The notes under the pieces are model-generated. The model was given only the letters and a program-made list of their open reading frames with translations. It made no database searches and was not told the origin of the DNA. Positions 31,540-44,902 of a DNA stretch of 64,000 nucleotides are shown here, in pieces. Location: positions 7,254,001 through 7,318,000 of the forward strand of contig NC_087261.1 in the NCBI RefSeq assembly GCF_037042905.1. Reading direction: 5' to 3'. Within the stretch, counting starts at the first letter, position 1. Each line of letters begins with the position of its first letter. Source of the stretch: Lytechinus pictus. Lineage: Eukaryota. The translations under genes were made by a program, and so were the position numbers.

Positions 31540-32648
31540 CATTTTTCTTCCCGCTCGGCTCTCAATCCTCGGCAGCCCGGTAGTATACGTTATCTTGTCC
31601 CTATTCTTTATTTTCCAATTTAGATTTTGGCTAATTCCATTCTGCCTTTTATTTCCCGCTTTTGTTTGCCTTTTTGTCATCTTTAATTTACTTCCCTGTC
31701 TTACTATTCATGCTAATGTATTTGTATATCGGGGCGAATAGTTCTTTCTCACTTGTTCATTTTTCCTTCCTTTTCCCGTCTGTTACGCCACTGCTACCAG
31801 CCCCAGTATATTCTATTTTTAGTAGGACGCTTGATTTAAAATTGAACATAATTTCTTGCGACGCCCTCTATGGAATGCAAAGTTAGTATCGATATGGTTG
31901 GATTGAATCTTGAATAAAATATTTGGGAAATAGGTAACGTGAAATTATGGTAATGCGATTTACGATACGCATATTGGTGAGCGTGTTGGCAATGATTGAG
32001 TTTGTTTTTTTTTTGTTTTTTTTTTCAGGATTTTTTTTCTCCTCCCTATCATCCCGTCATTGCATTCAAAACATGGAATTCAAATTTTACTTTTACCTTT
32101 TACATATCAGTACTCTGTATTCTCATTTTGCAACATATTATGTGATCTTTTATCTTCTTGTTATTCTTCTACAACTTTTTTTCTTCTTGTTCATTGTCTT
32201 CTTCTCAATCTTCTTTTTCTTCTTTTTTTCTCCTCCTCCTTCCTCTCCCCATTCTCCTTCTCCCTCTTCTTTTCTTCTTCTTCTTCTACTCCATCTTCTT
32301 CTTCTCCTCCTCCTTCTTCCCCTTCTCCTTCTCCTCCTTATACTTTTTCTTCTTATTTTCCTTTTTCTTTTTCTTCTTCTTTTTCTTCTTCTTTTTCTTT
32401 TTCTTTCTCTTCTTTGTTTTAATTATGGGTGTGTTTTACATTACTCTTTTATCGTAAATAATATGTATGGTTTAATACGCAGTAGTATGTTATTTATTGC
32501 ACATAGTCTGTGATATTATGTGTACTTTTTAATTATGTAAATAATTCCACTGCTTTGAGACTGTACATTTTTGATATTGTATATCCAAGTGCAATTCAGT
32601 CTTTGTTACTGCGATGCATGATATAATAAATACCATACCACCACCATT
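31540..32648 (+). mobile_element. Probable 3'UTR/tail of a CR1-group LINE, containing a CT-rich low-complexity tract
   Basis: The terminal aattcagtctttgttactgcgatg..aataaataccat resembles the 3' end of the LINE at 35307-36747. The left boundary is approximate. Confidence 0.5.
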
Positions 32649-32840
32649 TGTTTATAACTTGAATATCTATCCGTGTATATGAATATCCATGAGAACCTAT
32701 GACCATGAAGCTATAAAACACAGACCATGCGGTATTTCTTGACTTTGGATTGACATCGGGCCTGGATAGCTACGAAAATGTATCGCCAGACGCATGCGTG
32801 CGTGTGTGCGGGTGTGTGTGAGAGAGGGTGTGTGTGTGTA

Positions 32841-32949
32841 GGTGTCGTGGCCGAGTGGTCTAAGGCGCCTGACTTTACTTTGAAAGTCCGGGGTTCGATC
32901 CTCGGCCGCGGCACCTATGCACGTGAGCAAAGCATTATCCTGCATTCAA
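32841..32949 (+). mobile_element. tRNA-like SINE head, truncated at the duplication junction
   Basis: GGTGTCGTGGCCGAGTGGTCTAAGGCG..GGTTCGATCC. The anticodon arm is not canonical, and homology with the second copy extends past the tRNA part. Confidence 0.7.
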
Positions 32950-33126
32950 CTTTATAGTCGTGTTAACCACCTAGAAGTCAGCTATATACATTCGGGGCAC
33001 GTTATAAAACCGAAAGCTACAGGTTTATAAAATTAGGCTAAGTAGATCTATTTTGATATAGACAAACGTTATCCTCTGCCTCGCTTGAAGACGCCAATAG
33101 GCTGAGGCTATGAGTCGTTGACGTTT

Positions 33127-34876
33127 CTATTTGACGATGCAGTCGCCAGCAATAAGCTTCTTCATCAACCACTCAGCGAAATGATGGCAGTTGTTTGTGA
33201 ATAGGTGATACGCTCCATGAATCGGTCCAAAGTCCCTGGCCATCTTTTCTGCCTGGTCCAAGGTGCAGTTGCTTCCTCTCTGCAAGCTCCAGATGGCAGG
33301 ACAAACGTGAGGGTCACGCCCGATGGTGGCTTCTCCGTAGTCGTAGACCACGCTGGCACCCCACTCGAAGGTCTTGCACCGGAAGTAAACGAAGGAGTGG
33401 TCGAACTTGTAGGGGTTGACCTTGCCGGTGGGTAGTTTCATACTCTGTGCGATTTGGTTGGCGTAGTTAGACGGTAAGTTGCGGAGAGGATTGGCTGTCG
33501 GTTGTTCAGGAGCTTTGTCAGGTTTTGTAGGAAGACCGCATGTGAAGTCGACGAATTCTATGGCTCCAAGCCAAACATCTGCCATAGGTTCTGTGCATTA
33601 AATAATTAAGGGAAATTTTGAGGGTCGATGTCAAGTTACACAGTATTCATGGAAATTAATCCAAGTGGTTTGTGGCTAGATTATAATTTAATACATAATG
33701 TAATAGTCACACGAAGGGAAGGCATTTGGCTGCACGAAATGGATTTCTAAAATACAGACGTAAAACATAACCGAAACGCAAATAGAACTGCGATTTGAAT
33801 ATAGCGAGAGATTCTTGAATGTAACTTTTTACCGTGCGTGAATCATCACTACTATCCTTAGTTTTACACTATGACTTACTTTTCAATTAAAAATCAAGTC
33901 AGGCATGAGTGAGTATAAACATCAAATACACAAAATATTAAATGAACACCGAAATGATAGTTTTACCCATGCTTGAAGTTTTAAATTCAAACCTATGACC
34001 CATTCCTATACTATCAATTTTTTCACTTTAAATCTGTAGCACTAGGAGAACGATACCCGTCTATGGTAATTCAATGGGATTTGAATTGGGAGATGACCTG
34101 AAGATGAAGCAACTTTCTTTTTAGTTAATAAAGGTATCCCAATCAAGCATTTCCATATAAGTTACATTAATGACAAAGTTACAATAGTTGTAAACAACGT
34201 AAACGGACCCCCGTGTTCATAATTTGAACTCCGACGTCACAGAATAGAATGCATCTCAAGGTCTTGTTACACTCGAACGACGGAGGGAAACTTTAGAACC
34301 GTTTGAGCACCCTGAAAATAGGATTGGTCAAAATAACTAATGCATTGGTGAATATATGTGCCCAACAATCAATTTATTGTTTAGAATCTACCATGCTTTT
34401 GATTGATATAGATCATTCTCATTGATCATGAAGATTTCCAACAATGCAATATTGGCTACTTTGACCAATCACTCTGAAGAGTGTAAAAAGGGAACACATT
34501 GGGGTGAAACATTTATAAAGACATGTTTCGCTCTGTGAATGTATCAAGGGCGTAGGCTGGGTTGAGCATGGGGAGGTGCACATCTTGGGGAGGTGGAACT
34601 AAAGTTTGCAAAATCAGCTGTTGAAAGCAAAAGAAGGGGTACGAATTTCGTTTTGCTTGCAAGTGTCGGAACGCCTCTGCCTCAGTGGGTGGTTGCTCGT
34701 GCACCCAGTCCAGCCTACGCCCTTGTATATCAATGGCAAATAAAATACTCACCGGTTAGGATGCCATGGAAGGGTTTATTCGGTTTTTTCGAGCCTGTAC
34801 TGGACGCACCACACGCAAAACAAAGAGATATCATCAGAGACAAACAACTCAAATTAAGCAATATTTTCCAGCCCAT
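33127..34876 (-). CDS. Predicted secreted permuted papain-like protein, copy B, 195 aa; exons 34876-34753 and 33590-33127
   Basis: Near-identical to copy A with the same splice sites. One replacement in exon 2 (FRGKT to FRCKT) and one silent change. Confidence 0.8.
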
Positions 34877-35306
34877 GGTGCATGATTTAGAAATCCAAAG
34901 AACTGGTGTTTATCCAGAACCAATAATCATGATAATGACGTTTGAACCTTTAACTCAAAGATAAGAAGAGATCCCAAATCATTCGATTATCATATAATCA
35001 TGCAGGCATATCGTTCAAACTGTCATATCGCCAAGTTCAAAGATTGACATTGATCCGCAGAAAAGTGGTTTAGTTCTGACTTTCCTTTACCGCGGAAAAC
35101 TTTTCCAAATAATGTTCTCTCTGCTACTGTACGTGTAGGTCAAAACGATATCACTACATGTAGTACATAGAGGAGGTAACCAATTAAACATCTAAACTTA
35201 TACAAGATAGTATTCCGATGATAGTGGATATTTGTGATTATGGCGGGGACTAACAGGGGGACGTGAAAATCATCTCCTATTTGGTTTCTGTAAAAAGTTG
35301 AAGCTA

Positions 35307-36747
35307 GTAGTAGTAGTAGTAGTAGTAAGTAGTAGTAAAATGGTATTTATTAGCAAAAACAACACATCGCAGCCCAAAGGCTGAATTACATGAAGTTTAC
35401 AATTGTAATGATACAAATTTGATTACACATTATTTTCACAATTCAATTACATAATAATATAAAATAACTGCATCTTCAGACTAAGTACAACTTTTAACAG
35501 ACTAAGGGTTGAAAGAATGGCACAAAGAAAGAGAGCAAGAGAGAAAGAAACATAGAAATGAAGGAGAGGGCTGAAATATATGGGATAAGAGAAAGGAAAA
35601 CGGGGAGAGAGAAAGAGAGTAAGAGAATGAGAGATGTTCAGAAAGGATAAATCATGGGGTGGAGAAGTGGAAGACCTGAATGAGTTGACAGAAAGAAGAA
35701 ATGGGAAGAAAGATACAAAGTGGGAATAGGTAAGACAACAAAGAAAGAAAAAGTTTAACAGAGAACAGTAAGCTTGGTGATCGGAGAAAGGTAACGGAAA
35801 TGAAAGAAATAAAGAAGAAATTCAAGCATACATGTGTGTAGGAAAACAAAATATACCAAAAAATGTAATAATTGCATTTCATATAATATGTAAAACGTTT
35901 GCGTTATAACTCGAATTCACAATATCAAAATAACATAATGTCTTGCAAAGTAACATTAGAAGCACAGACAATATGATGGAGAACAGTTACAGGTCAAAAA
36001 TGAGTGTAAAGATAAAAAGATAGAGAGAGAGGGGGGAGAGAGAGAGAGGGGGAAGACAAAGCATAAGAATATAATTAAAAATCAAGAAACAAAAGTGGAC
36101 TTGGATTAATTAATGGCCTGCTCGTCTAACTGGAAAACATGTGAAGGCACACAAATAAACATTGTAAATCACACAAACATAGGATTGTAAATTAAAAAGG
36201 ATCATGAGAAGTATGATAATTTTGGTAAATTCATTCGGTCAAGGTAGAAAAATCATACAAAACAAAACGAACGTAACAAACCATATATTGAAATTACATT
36301 TTAATCTCGGCATATGGTGGGCTAAAACTGAAGTACATTATTACTTTATTATATTTAATGGAATTGTTTTGCTTAGGTTTCATTTAGTAGATCGATAAGA
36401 TAGGGCAGGGAACTATTACGATAGCGGTTTGTTTTGCATTTAAATTGTTGGAATTTGGGGGTGTTTCTTAACGTCATGTAAACTTTCTTTTTAGGTGGTA
36501 ACCAAGTGCAACAATGGGTGTTTTCTATCAGGGATTTGGCTAATTCGGTGCATAATTTTTTTCTTCTATATTCCAAGGTATCAAGGTTACAAATTCGGCA
36601 AGTATCGGCATATGTAGTATATAATGATCCAAGCATAATTCTACAGAATCGTTTTTGAATTCGTTCGAGGTCAGTGACTTGTTTTTTAGTGAGAGATCCA
36701 TTGAAGACAGGTACACAGTATTCCATGATTGGGCGAATATACCCCAC
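35307..36747 (-). mobile_element. 5'-truncated CR1-group LINE (RT C-terminus plus ~1-kb 3'UTR and (TAC)n tail) with 6-bp TSD AAGCTA
   Basis: ORF GYIRPIMEYCVPVF..LERIQKR, AATAAA then a (TAC)n tail. TSD at 35301-35306 and 36748-36753. Absent from copy A. Confidence 0.88.
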
Positions 36748-37658
36748 AAGCTAAATAGGAAAGTGCGTTCCCCGTCCGCCCCGGCCCGTGAGTGATTAGA
36801 GCCCGTGTCTGTGACTCAGGAATGATTCACGAATGAACATGGTGAAGGGGAAATACTGAACATGACGTCATAACTGCCCCCTGTGTTCATAGTTTGGCAA
36901 CGAAAAAAAAACTACAAAAAACAGCAAAAAAGAGTACAGGTTAATTCTAAAAATAAGCTAGATGATTAGTCGGTGTGTTCAAGGGCACACATGAGTAATT
37001 TGGACTTCCATTCACTCACGTGTTAAATCACAGCTCATCACAAACATCATTAAAAATCAACCCCTCTATAGATTTCATTTTAATTCACTATTATTAATAA
37101 TCACAACATGCCGTACAACAAAATTTGGTACGTTAATCGGGAACTTGTCTTAAATATTTGAATGGGGGGTCTATACAAGGTACACAATACAAATGCAATG
37201 GGAATGTTTACAAAGAAATAGTATAGATGATCATTGACAAAAAAGTGATGACAGCTCCGAATGGGTTACCGGGGTTTTGAATACTTTATTCACGAGATGC
37301 ATACGCTCACATCCTTTTTATTTCCGTGCTACTAACGATGTATAGACGTTCCACGTACTTTATCTTTCCACTCTCTTTCCGTTGTTTAACTTCAGTTGAT
37401 GTGAGTTGCGAAGATGCCCAGAGGATGCAGAGAATATACAGCGGACGTTTAACGGATGATAATGGACATGGGACGTTTGCGGGACGTTTGTTGCTCGTAT
37501 AATATGTTGCGGATTTACATCGTACACGGCGGAAAGTTCATCCGTTTTAAAAATGTTGCGCGGCTCAAAACTTTTTGCGCGGATGAAATCAAGTGGACAA
37601 TATGCTAGATGGATAGAGCATATAAAACACGTATGCAATGAGTACACAACGGATGCAT

Positions 37659-40600
37659 CGAAAGAACAAACAAGTCGACAGACAAGGCGTACAATTTGAA
37701 CTCTTTATTCAACACGACCCGCGGCAGGTAGGAGATGCTACCGAAGTGCTTACAAAGCACGCAAAACAGTAAAAACACTTCAACAAGCCAAAGCGACAAC
37801 AAGGTGGCGCTATTACATAAAATAAGCAACACGCAATTAATGACGAGATCACTTTCCCTCCTTCACTCCCTCTGGGGGGTATGATATAACATAGATTGCG
37901 GTGAATCAGATAAACCAAAAATTAAAGCCTGTAAGAGTGAGTTATAGCCGGTACAAGCATGCATGGGGTAGTCATTACCACAATATTGTAAGGGAATATG
38001 ACATAAGTGAAAAACGGTTTGTCCATGACAAGTACACCACCTATAAAGCAGGTGAAGAAGGGAATGCTTCACACAACATGTGCGTCTAAAACACAAGCAA
38101 AAATTAAGTATGGATGACGGAAAGGCATCAATAACCGTCATACTGGAAAATTCCGCGAGAACCATCTGTCACATCTTGAGCGTAAGTCCAGCAAAGTAGA
38201 CGTCACATATAAACGGGGCAAATTAGGGAGGGGGAGGGGGTTCGATAAGTCACAAATAAAGTCCTCAAAACGAGCTGGCATGCGTCGACGACGCTGGGGG
38301 CGTTGCAGCACAGGGGGGCTATTGGGTGGCGAGGAGGGAGCGCCGTCACACAAAGGGGTCGACAAAACAGGAGGGACCGGGGGAGGGGGATCCGGCTGGG
38401 TGGCATCAGGTGAAGAAGCAGTGATAACCTCATCATCGTCGCTCTGTTGGGGATCCACGGGGTCCGATTGAGGCTGGGCAGGGAAACCAGGCACCTTCAG
38501 ACAGTCTGATGTTTTCACACGATAAGATGAGTCACGGAGCTGGGAGCCAACAAACTTCCTGATATTGCACCATGCACCGTCAACAGAGCCGACAAGGTAG
38601 CGAGGGCGCACCTGAGACTTGGTGCGATCACCACGAAGATAGACAAGGTCGCCGACCTCAATACCAACATCACCCGGAAGGAGGCCGGACGGGGCCTTTG
38701 CACGTACACTGTGGGGGTGGTTAGCCATACGCCGGTGATGCTGGCTGGCGATGAGTTCTTTGTCAGAAATGGGAATCTGGGCATGGGAGAACTGGTCGCG
38801 TTGAGTCCATATCTCACGCGCTGACAGGCCTCGCGAACGAAGACGGCTGTTTAGGCGGGGCGTGGTCAGAGACAACGTCAAAGGAGAGAGGGGCTCGTCG
38901 CGAGGAGTATGGCGGAGCAGCTCGTCCTGAAGCTCGCGTATGGCCTTCTCAGCAACCGGGTTCTTATTGGCATTCTTGGGGCGGCCGAGCTCGATGGATA
39001 TGCCAAGCGAAGCAAGCTGGTGGTCATCACGTAAGGAGGAAAAACCAGGGGCAGGATCAGTTCGAACGACAGCATGGGGGCCATCGAGTGGATGAAGCTC
39101 AACACATAGACGAATCAGAGCTTCACAAAGAGTATCCCGGCGCTCATCAGCAATGAGGCAAGTAGCAGTGTATGCGGATACAGATTCACGGAGCACAAGG
39201 ATCAACCGCTTTGCCCGCTTTAGAACATTTGCTGCGAAGTTAACAGCGACAACTTCAGGGGGATCACCAGAGGACTGAGCAGCCATTGTAGAGGGAGCAA
39301 TGCGGAGAGAAGCACACTGGTGGCATCGATCAGTGACCTGCTTGATGGCGTGATCCATATCCAGGGCGAAGAAGTGCCTGTTGACAACGGATTTGAGCTG
39401 ACTCTGTGTTGGGTGATCAAGTTGGAGGTGAATGGATGTGAGGATACCAGCAAGGACGTTTCGAGGCACGATAATGCATTCACGTGGGGAAAGGAGGGGA
39501 ACTTCTCTACGCACCACAATGAGACCATCACGTGATATTGTGGCAACGCGAAGATACCGCTTGACATCCTTGATGTCAGTCAACTTCTTGGATGGACGCG
39601 TCCCCTGATGGAGGTGGGCATGTGTGCGTCGAAGATCAGAACATTCAGCCTGGATGCTGTGCCAGGCAGACCGTGACGTGAAGGGGAGTTTCTCTCGGCC
39701 AGCAAGGACTTCACTCGGTGTGATCCGATGGACGACGGAATCTTCAGTTGTGTGGATGAACAAGCAAATCTGACACGAGGGATCAGCACAAGGAGCAGCA
39801 TTACAACTAGCAAAGTCAGATGGGATGTTAACAGCACCAGCCAGGTGCTGGATGGAACACTGATACCTACTGACATTGGAGAGGAAGATATACACCCGAA
39901 GACTTGCAGAGAACACACCACGACACAACTTTTCAAAGGCTTGGATACAGGGTTTGCTATCTGTGAGAATACATGAGTGGTGACGGGATTGAACCAAATA
40001 TGGGCCGAAATGAGTGAAAGCAGCCGAGATAGACAGGGCTTCGACTTCACAGGGTAACCATGTGATCTGCCGCCCGCGCAGTTTTGCACTGTAAAACCCA
40101 GCCAGATGAGGCTTGCCAGCCCTGGTAACGTACATCGTAGAGCCAATTCCATGGTTCCGGACAGCGCCATCCGTGACGATCCAAATCTGATCAGATGGAT
40201 GGGGGAGTGTAATGGTACGAGGAGAGGAAAGGGCATCTCGACAAGCTTGGAAGGCATCGCGTAAGTCATCAGACCAGTCAATGCGGTCAGAAGAAGAACG
40301 GCCAGCAACAATAGCATCTAAGGGGCTGAGCAACACAGCACAATGAGGAACAACTCGTGAAATCATCTTGTAGGCACCAATGAATGATCTCAAACCCTTG
40401 ACAGTCTTGGGTAGGTCGCAACAGGCCAGGGCCGCGACACGGTGTGGGCTAAAGCAAAGAGTGCCCTGAGACCAGATCCAACCAAGAACGCCAGTTGATT
40501 TCGGGCAAACGACTGTCTTCTTAGGTGAAAGGCGGAGTCCAGCAGAACGGAGAGCATGTAAGACACGAGTCCAATTATCCAAGAGCTCATTGGGGGTTCC

Positions 40601-43487
40601 CCCCCCCCAAAGAACAAGTCATCGGCCAATTTGACAACCACACCTTCATGTAACAAATCACCAAGGACACGGCACATCAGCTCCTCAAGGGCTGTTTCTG
40701 ATCCAGGCATTCCCATTGCTGACCTAGTGTATACCCTTACTCCGCGAAATGGGGTTGCCACGCCACAATATTTCATTGAGGCCTTTGCAAGGGGGATCAG
40801 ATAAAAGGCACTGATAAGGTCTGAGGTAATAAGGTACCTCCATTGACCAATATAGCGAAGGGTTGAGTCAACGTCAGGTAAAAGGGATGGTTGTGGTTTG
40901 GAGTAACGTCCAACATCGGCAAAGGCTGTTACGAGTCTAAAACCACCATTGGGTTTCTTTACCAAGAAAGAAGGATTGAGGTACTCTACAGTAATGCCCA
41001 CATCCTCTGGGCGGGCAAACACACCGACTTGTTCAAACTCATCGAATTTGTTTTGAAGTTCAACGAGGGATGGGCGGGCAGGCATACATGGGCAAGCGGC
41101 CCTTCCGCTGAGGAGGCTGGACCGGACCCATGTTCACCACCGCTTCAAATGGACCAGCAGAACCATTGTAACCCTTGAACGCAGGATCGAACACGTCATC
41201 AAACTCAGAATGGAGCATGGCAAAGTCCTGTCGTAAGCTAGGAGAGAGGATGCTATCCGGATCTAATGAGATAGAATCGGAGTGATTAATAACTCTAGGC
41301 ACGGAGGACCGTGGCTTGACCGGCTCAGGTACAAGTGGGCCAGATTTAGTTGACTCATTAACATACACGGGCCTAACTTGACAAAAATGCTCGTTCTTGC
41401 GGAGAAGACGAGGCTCATCAGAGAGATTTGGAATACGAACTTTGCCTGCTACACTCGATATGATACAGGGATCAGGCCATGACTGGCGAGCGCTGGAAGG
41501 AACTTTCGAACTGACAACACGGGGTTCGAGGGCAACAGTCTCATGGGATAACAACTCAACAGGAAGTGTCAATTCAACAAAATCACCAGGCCATAGGACG
41601 GTGGACTGCGGAGGGGCACGAAGGACATGTGCCCGACGAACAGCATGTGACTTCTTTTTAGACAAGGGCTTAGAGCCATAAGTAATCACTAAGTCATCAC
41701 CGATGCATATTTGGCGTTTGGCAGGCCGAACAGAGACATCATTGAGTTCCATAAAGGGAGTCCCAGCGAGAACTTCAACATCTAACTCATGAACAACAAG
41801 ACCCTCAAAAACAAGTTGCCGAGATTCACGTGAGAAGGTGAGGCATGTTTCTCCTACTACTTCCAAGGGAGACACACCATCCGCCTGATGTGCAGACTGC
41901 GAACTAGGTTTTATTTCACCGCCAAGGGCTTGCACAGTTGCGGCACGAATCATGTTACCTGTGGCACCACTGTCCACCGTAATACGGGTGGTATGGTGCC
42001 CCAAAAATGCATCAAAATACGGAGACTGGCGAATCTGTACTCGCATGGCAGAAGTTTGAGAATGCTGAGGATTCTCATCTGTGGGGCTGACAGCCGATGG
42101 AGCTCGTTCAGGCTCCCCGGAATCACTGTTGTCGTCAAAGTTCTCGTCTTCAAAGATATTGGCGACTTGTCGGGCTTTGGCTATGAAGCGACGATCTTGT
42201 TCTGGCAAATATGTACACTCGCTAAGGTAATGAGTATCGGGCCGGCGAGCCTCGCGGCAAAGAGGGCAGTATTTGTGAGGACATGATTATCAGAATACTG
42301 TGGTTTCGTAGTGTGGCGTGGTTGAGCCTGAGTGGGAAACTTGCTCATGCGTCCCTTCCGCTGAGGGAAAGAGGCATTAGCACGCATAGCACGAGAGTTT
42401 TCGGTGGAGTGAATCTCATCGAGCAGGCTGTTGAGGGCTTGAGAAATCTCTGGCTTGAGAGATGAGAGAGATCGAGCGCGTAGCTCAGTGCCATACCTCT
42501 GCTTTACCAGATGAGGGAGATCAGCATGGATCAATTGTAACCATTGGAGGACTATGGAATTCTCAAGTGTAGGAGTCAACTCTTCATCTTCAGAAATCAC
42601 TTCACCATGGTGAGATATACCACCATTAACCTTAAGGAGATTATCATCAACGAAGGCAAGGATCCTTTGATACAAATCCTCCGGGCGTTCATCCGCCTCT
42701 AGCTTAATATCGCAAAAATCAAGGAAGTGGGCACCACTGCTTTGAAAGCCATAATGTAGCCTGATTTTGCCCCAAATATCACCTAGTGAACTAGAATCAC
42801 GAATGATAGAATTGCGCGATATTATCGGGCAGTAATTCGCAATTTGCCCAAGAATTAGCTCCAACATGCTCGCTTTCTGTTGGGCGGACCTCCTGGTCTC
42901 TGACGGCTCGGAAAGTGGGTCACTAGACATACCACGTAGTGGGTCATGTTTGGTTTTGTTGTGCCACGTGAAATCGGCACCTAAGAATATAGCAAAATTG
43001 GGATCGAGAGTGAGGATGTAAATCAAATTCTGCTTCCAATTCTCAAAAGATGTAACGGATTCGTTTTTGGTGAGACACCATTGTTTGGGTGCTCTGGGGG
43101 TAGCCATAGTTTTAGTGACACGTAACTGGATAGATGGGACTATGATAGATCTACCGTACCGTTAATCGTTATGCCGAGCCGTGTTTGTGAGTGAAAGTTA
43201 GTACACTTACCCCAACAAGCTACAGCTGGATGCCTGACTGCTAGGAAAGCACGAAGACCGTTTGGGCAGTGAAAAGGCTAGGATCCGTTTCCAAAGCTGC
43301 CACCACGAAAGAACAAACAAGTCGACAGACAAGGCGTACAATTTGAACTCTTTATTCAACACGACCCGCGGCAGGTATGCTACCGAAGTGCTTACAAAGC
43401 ACGCAAAACAGTAAAAACACTTCAACAAGCCAAAGCGACAACAAGGTGGCGCTATTACATAAAATAAGCAACACACAATTAATGGCG
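37659..43487 (-). mobile_element. Full-length Gypsy-superfamily LTR retrotransposon (Troyka-like), 5829 bp, defective
   Basis: LTRs at 43306-43487 and 37659-37845 differ by 2 substitutions and a 5-bp indel. TSD CAT is confirmed by the empty site ggatgCATagcg in copy A. PBS TGGTGGCAGC at 43305-43296, PPT ~37852-37873, domain order gag-PR-RT-RNH-IN. Confidence 0.95.
38138..43107 (-). pseudogene. gag-pol polyprotein of the LTR element, broken by three frameshifts (~42286, ~41080, ~40600)
   Basis: Gag start [10 protein letters not shown], knuckle [18 protein letters not shown], protease VDSGA, RT MGMPGS...KLADDL, RNase H VTDGA..CEVEA..TDSKP, integrase HHCC and RTDP..AEKAIRE. Confidence 0.9.
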
Positions 43488-43631
43488 CATAGCGTTTTTC
43501 CAACCGATGGCAAGATTAATTTACGTTTTACATCCTCTTTGCTTCCGTAAGTGCATGTTGGACCGAGCCTCAAGCTAATAGGGTTTTAAACACGAAGTAT
43601 ACACTTTCCAAGGATGTAGATGAAACATTAA

Positions 43632-44207
43632 AGGACAGTCGGATGTACAATAAGAAAGTTATGATATTTTGAAGTTTTGCTTAATTTCACAAAACAGTTA
43701 TATGCACATTCTGGTCGGTAAGCAAATGAGCAGACTGATGACTTCACCCATTCACTATTTCTTTTGTGTTTTATTAAATGAAATATGAAAAACTCTCATT
43801 TTTTCCTCATTGTCATGTGAAAGAAATTGTTATTCCTCCCTCAACATGTGGAATAACAGTTTTTTAATAGTTTATGGTTATAAAGTAAAAAGGTCATTAT
43901 TGTCAAATCTGTAAAAATTGAAATATTGTATAATTCAAACAATAAAAAAAACAAAAGAAATAGCGAATGAGGGACATCATCGACTCTCTCATTTACATAT
44001 CACTGAGTTATGCATCTTAGCAGTCAGGTAAAAAACTTCGGTATAACATAACATAACATAACTGTTTTGTGAAAAATAAGCGAAACTTAAAAATGTCATA
44101 AATTTCTTTTTTACATCCGATTTCGAGGAAATTTCCAGCGTTATGCTTGTTTGAACTTTAATTCTCTATCGATTCAAATCAACAATTTTCTGGGGTGGAC
44201 TTGACCT
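43632..44207. mobile_element. Kolobok-like MITE, family 1 (duplicate of 23930-24485)
   Basis: Same ends and flanks as in copy A. Confidence 0.75.
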
Positions 44208-44902
44208 TCAAGTAAATTTTCATATTAATTCAGTTTTTAATCATGTGTTATTCATTAAGCACGAGTATTAGATTTGTGAGGGCAGTTGATGGAATATTTT
44301 TTCCCAATATTTGATGCATTTCGACAGGGGCGAATTTGTTAAAGCGTTAATCGTAGACGAAGGAAGAGATAGAGGGAGATAGAGAGAGAGAGAAAGAGAT
44401 TCTGAGAAAGAGATGAATTGATTACTTTATATAATGGATTTGTTCACCTCGCAGTTTATGACCTCTGTTTCTTTCCTCCAGTATATTAACACAATACCTC
44501 TTCCACGGATTGGTACCCATTATGAATATCATTTTTTTTTCCAAAGCGCGACATGACTATATGAACGTGGCAGTCTATCATACTGGATAAACCTAAAGCA
44601 AATCTACTTATTAAACATGGCGTACTGTGGGGCGCACGTTAAACAGAAATGATTCCTGTAACGTTCAGCACTATGCTACTGAAGGAAGACATTGCGTGTG
44701 TTTTTATTAGCATTCGCGTTTATGTTTTTGGACTGATATTCTGATCTGCGTCACACGATGGGGTGAATGATGATGACAAGACTTTGTTGGAAAGGCTCTA
44801 AGGAGGAGGAGGAGGAGGCTTCAGGCACTCGATTGGTATATTTGGAGCTGGCTTAAAACAGATTTACTCGACATCATAAACACCCGATGGGAGATCGTCA
44901 AT

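Noticed and set aside
32841-32916. Functional tRNA gene
   Set aside because: The acceptor and D stems fold, but the anticodon and T arms are non-canonical and homology with the second copy continues downstream. Treated as a SINE head.
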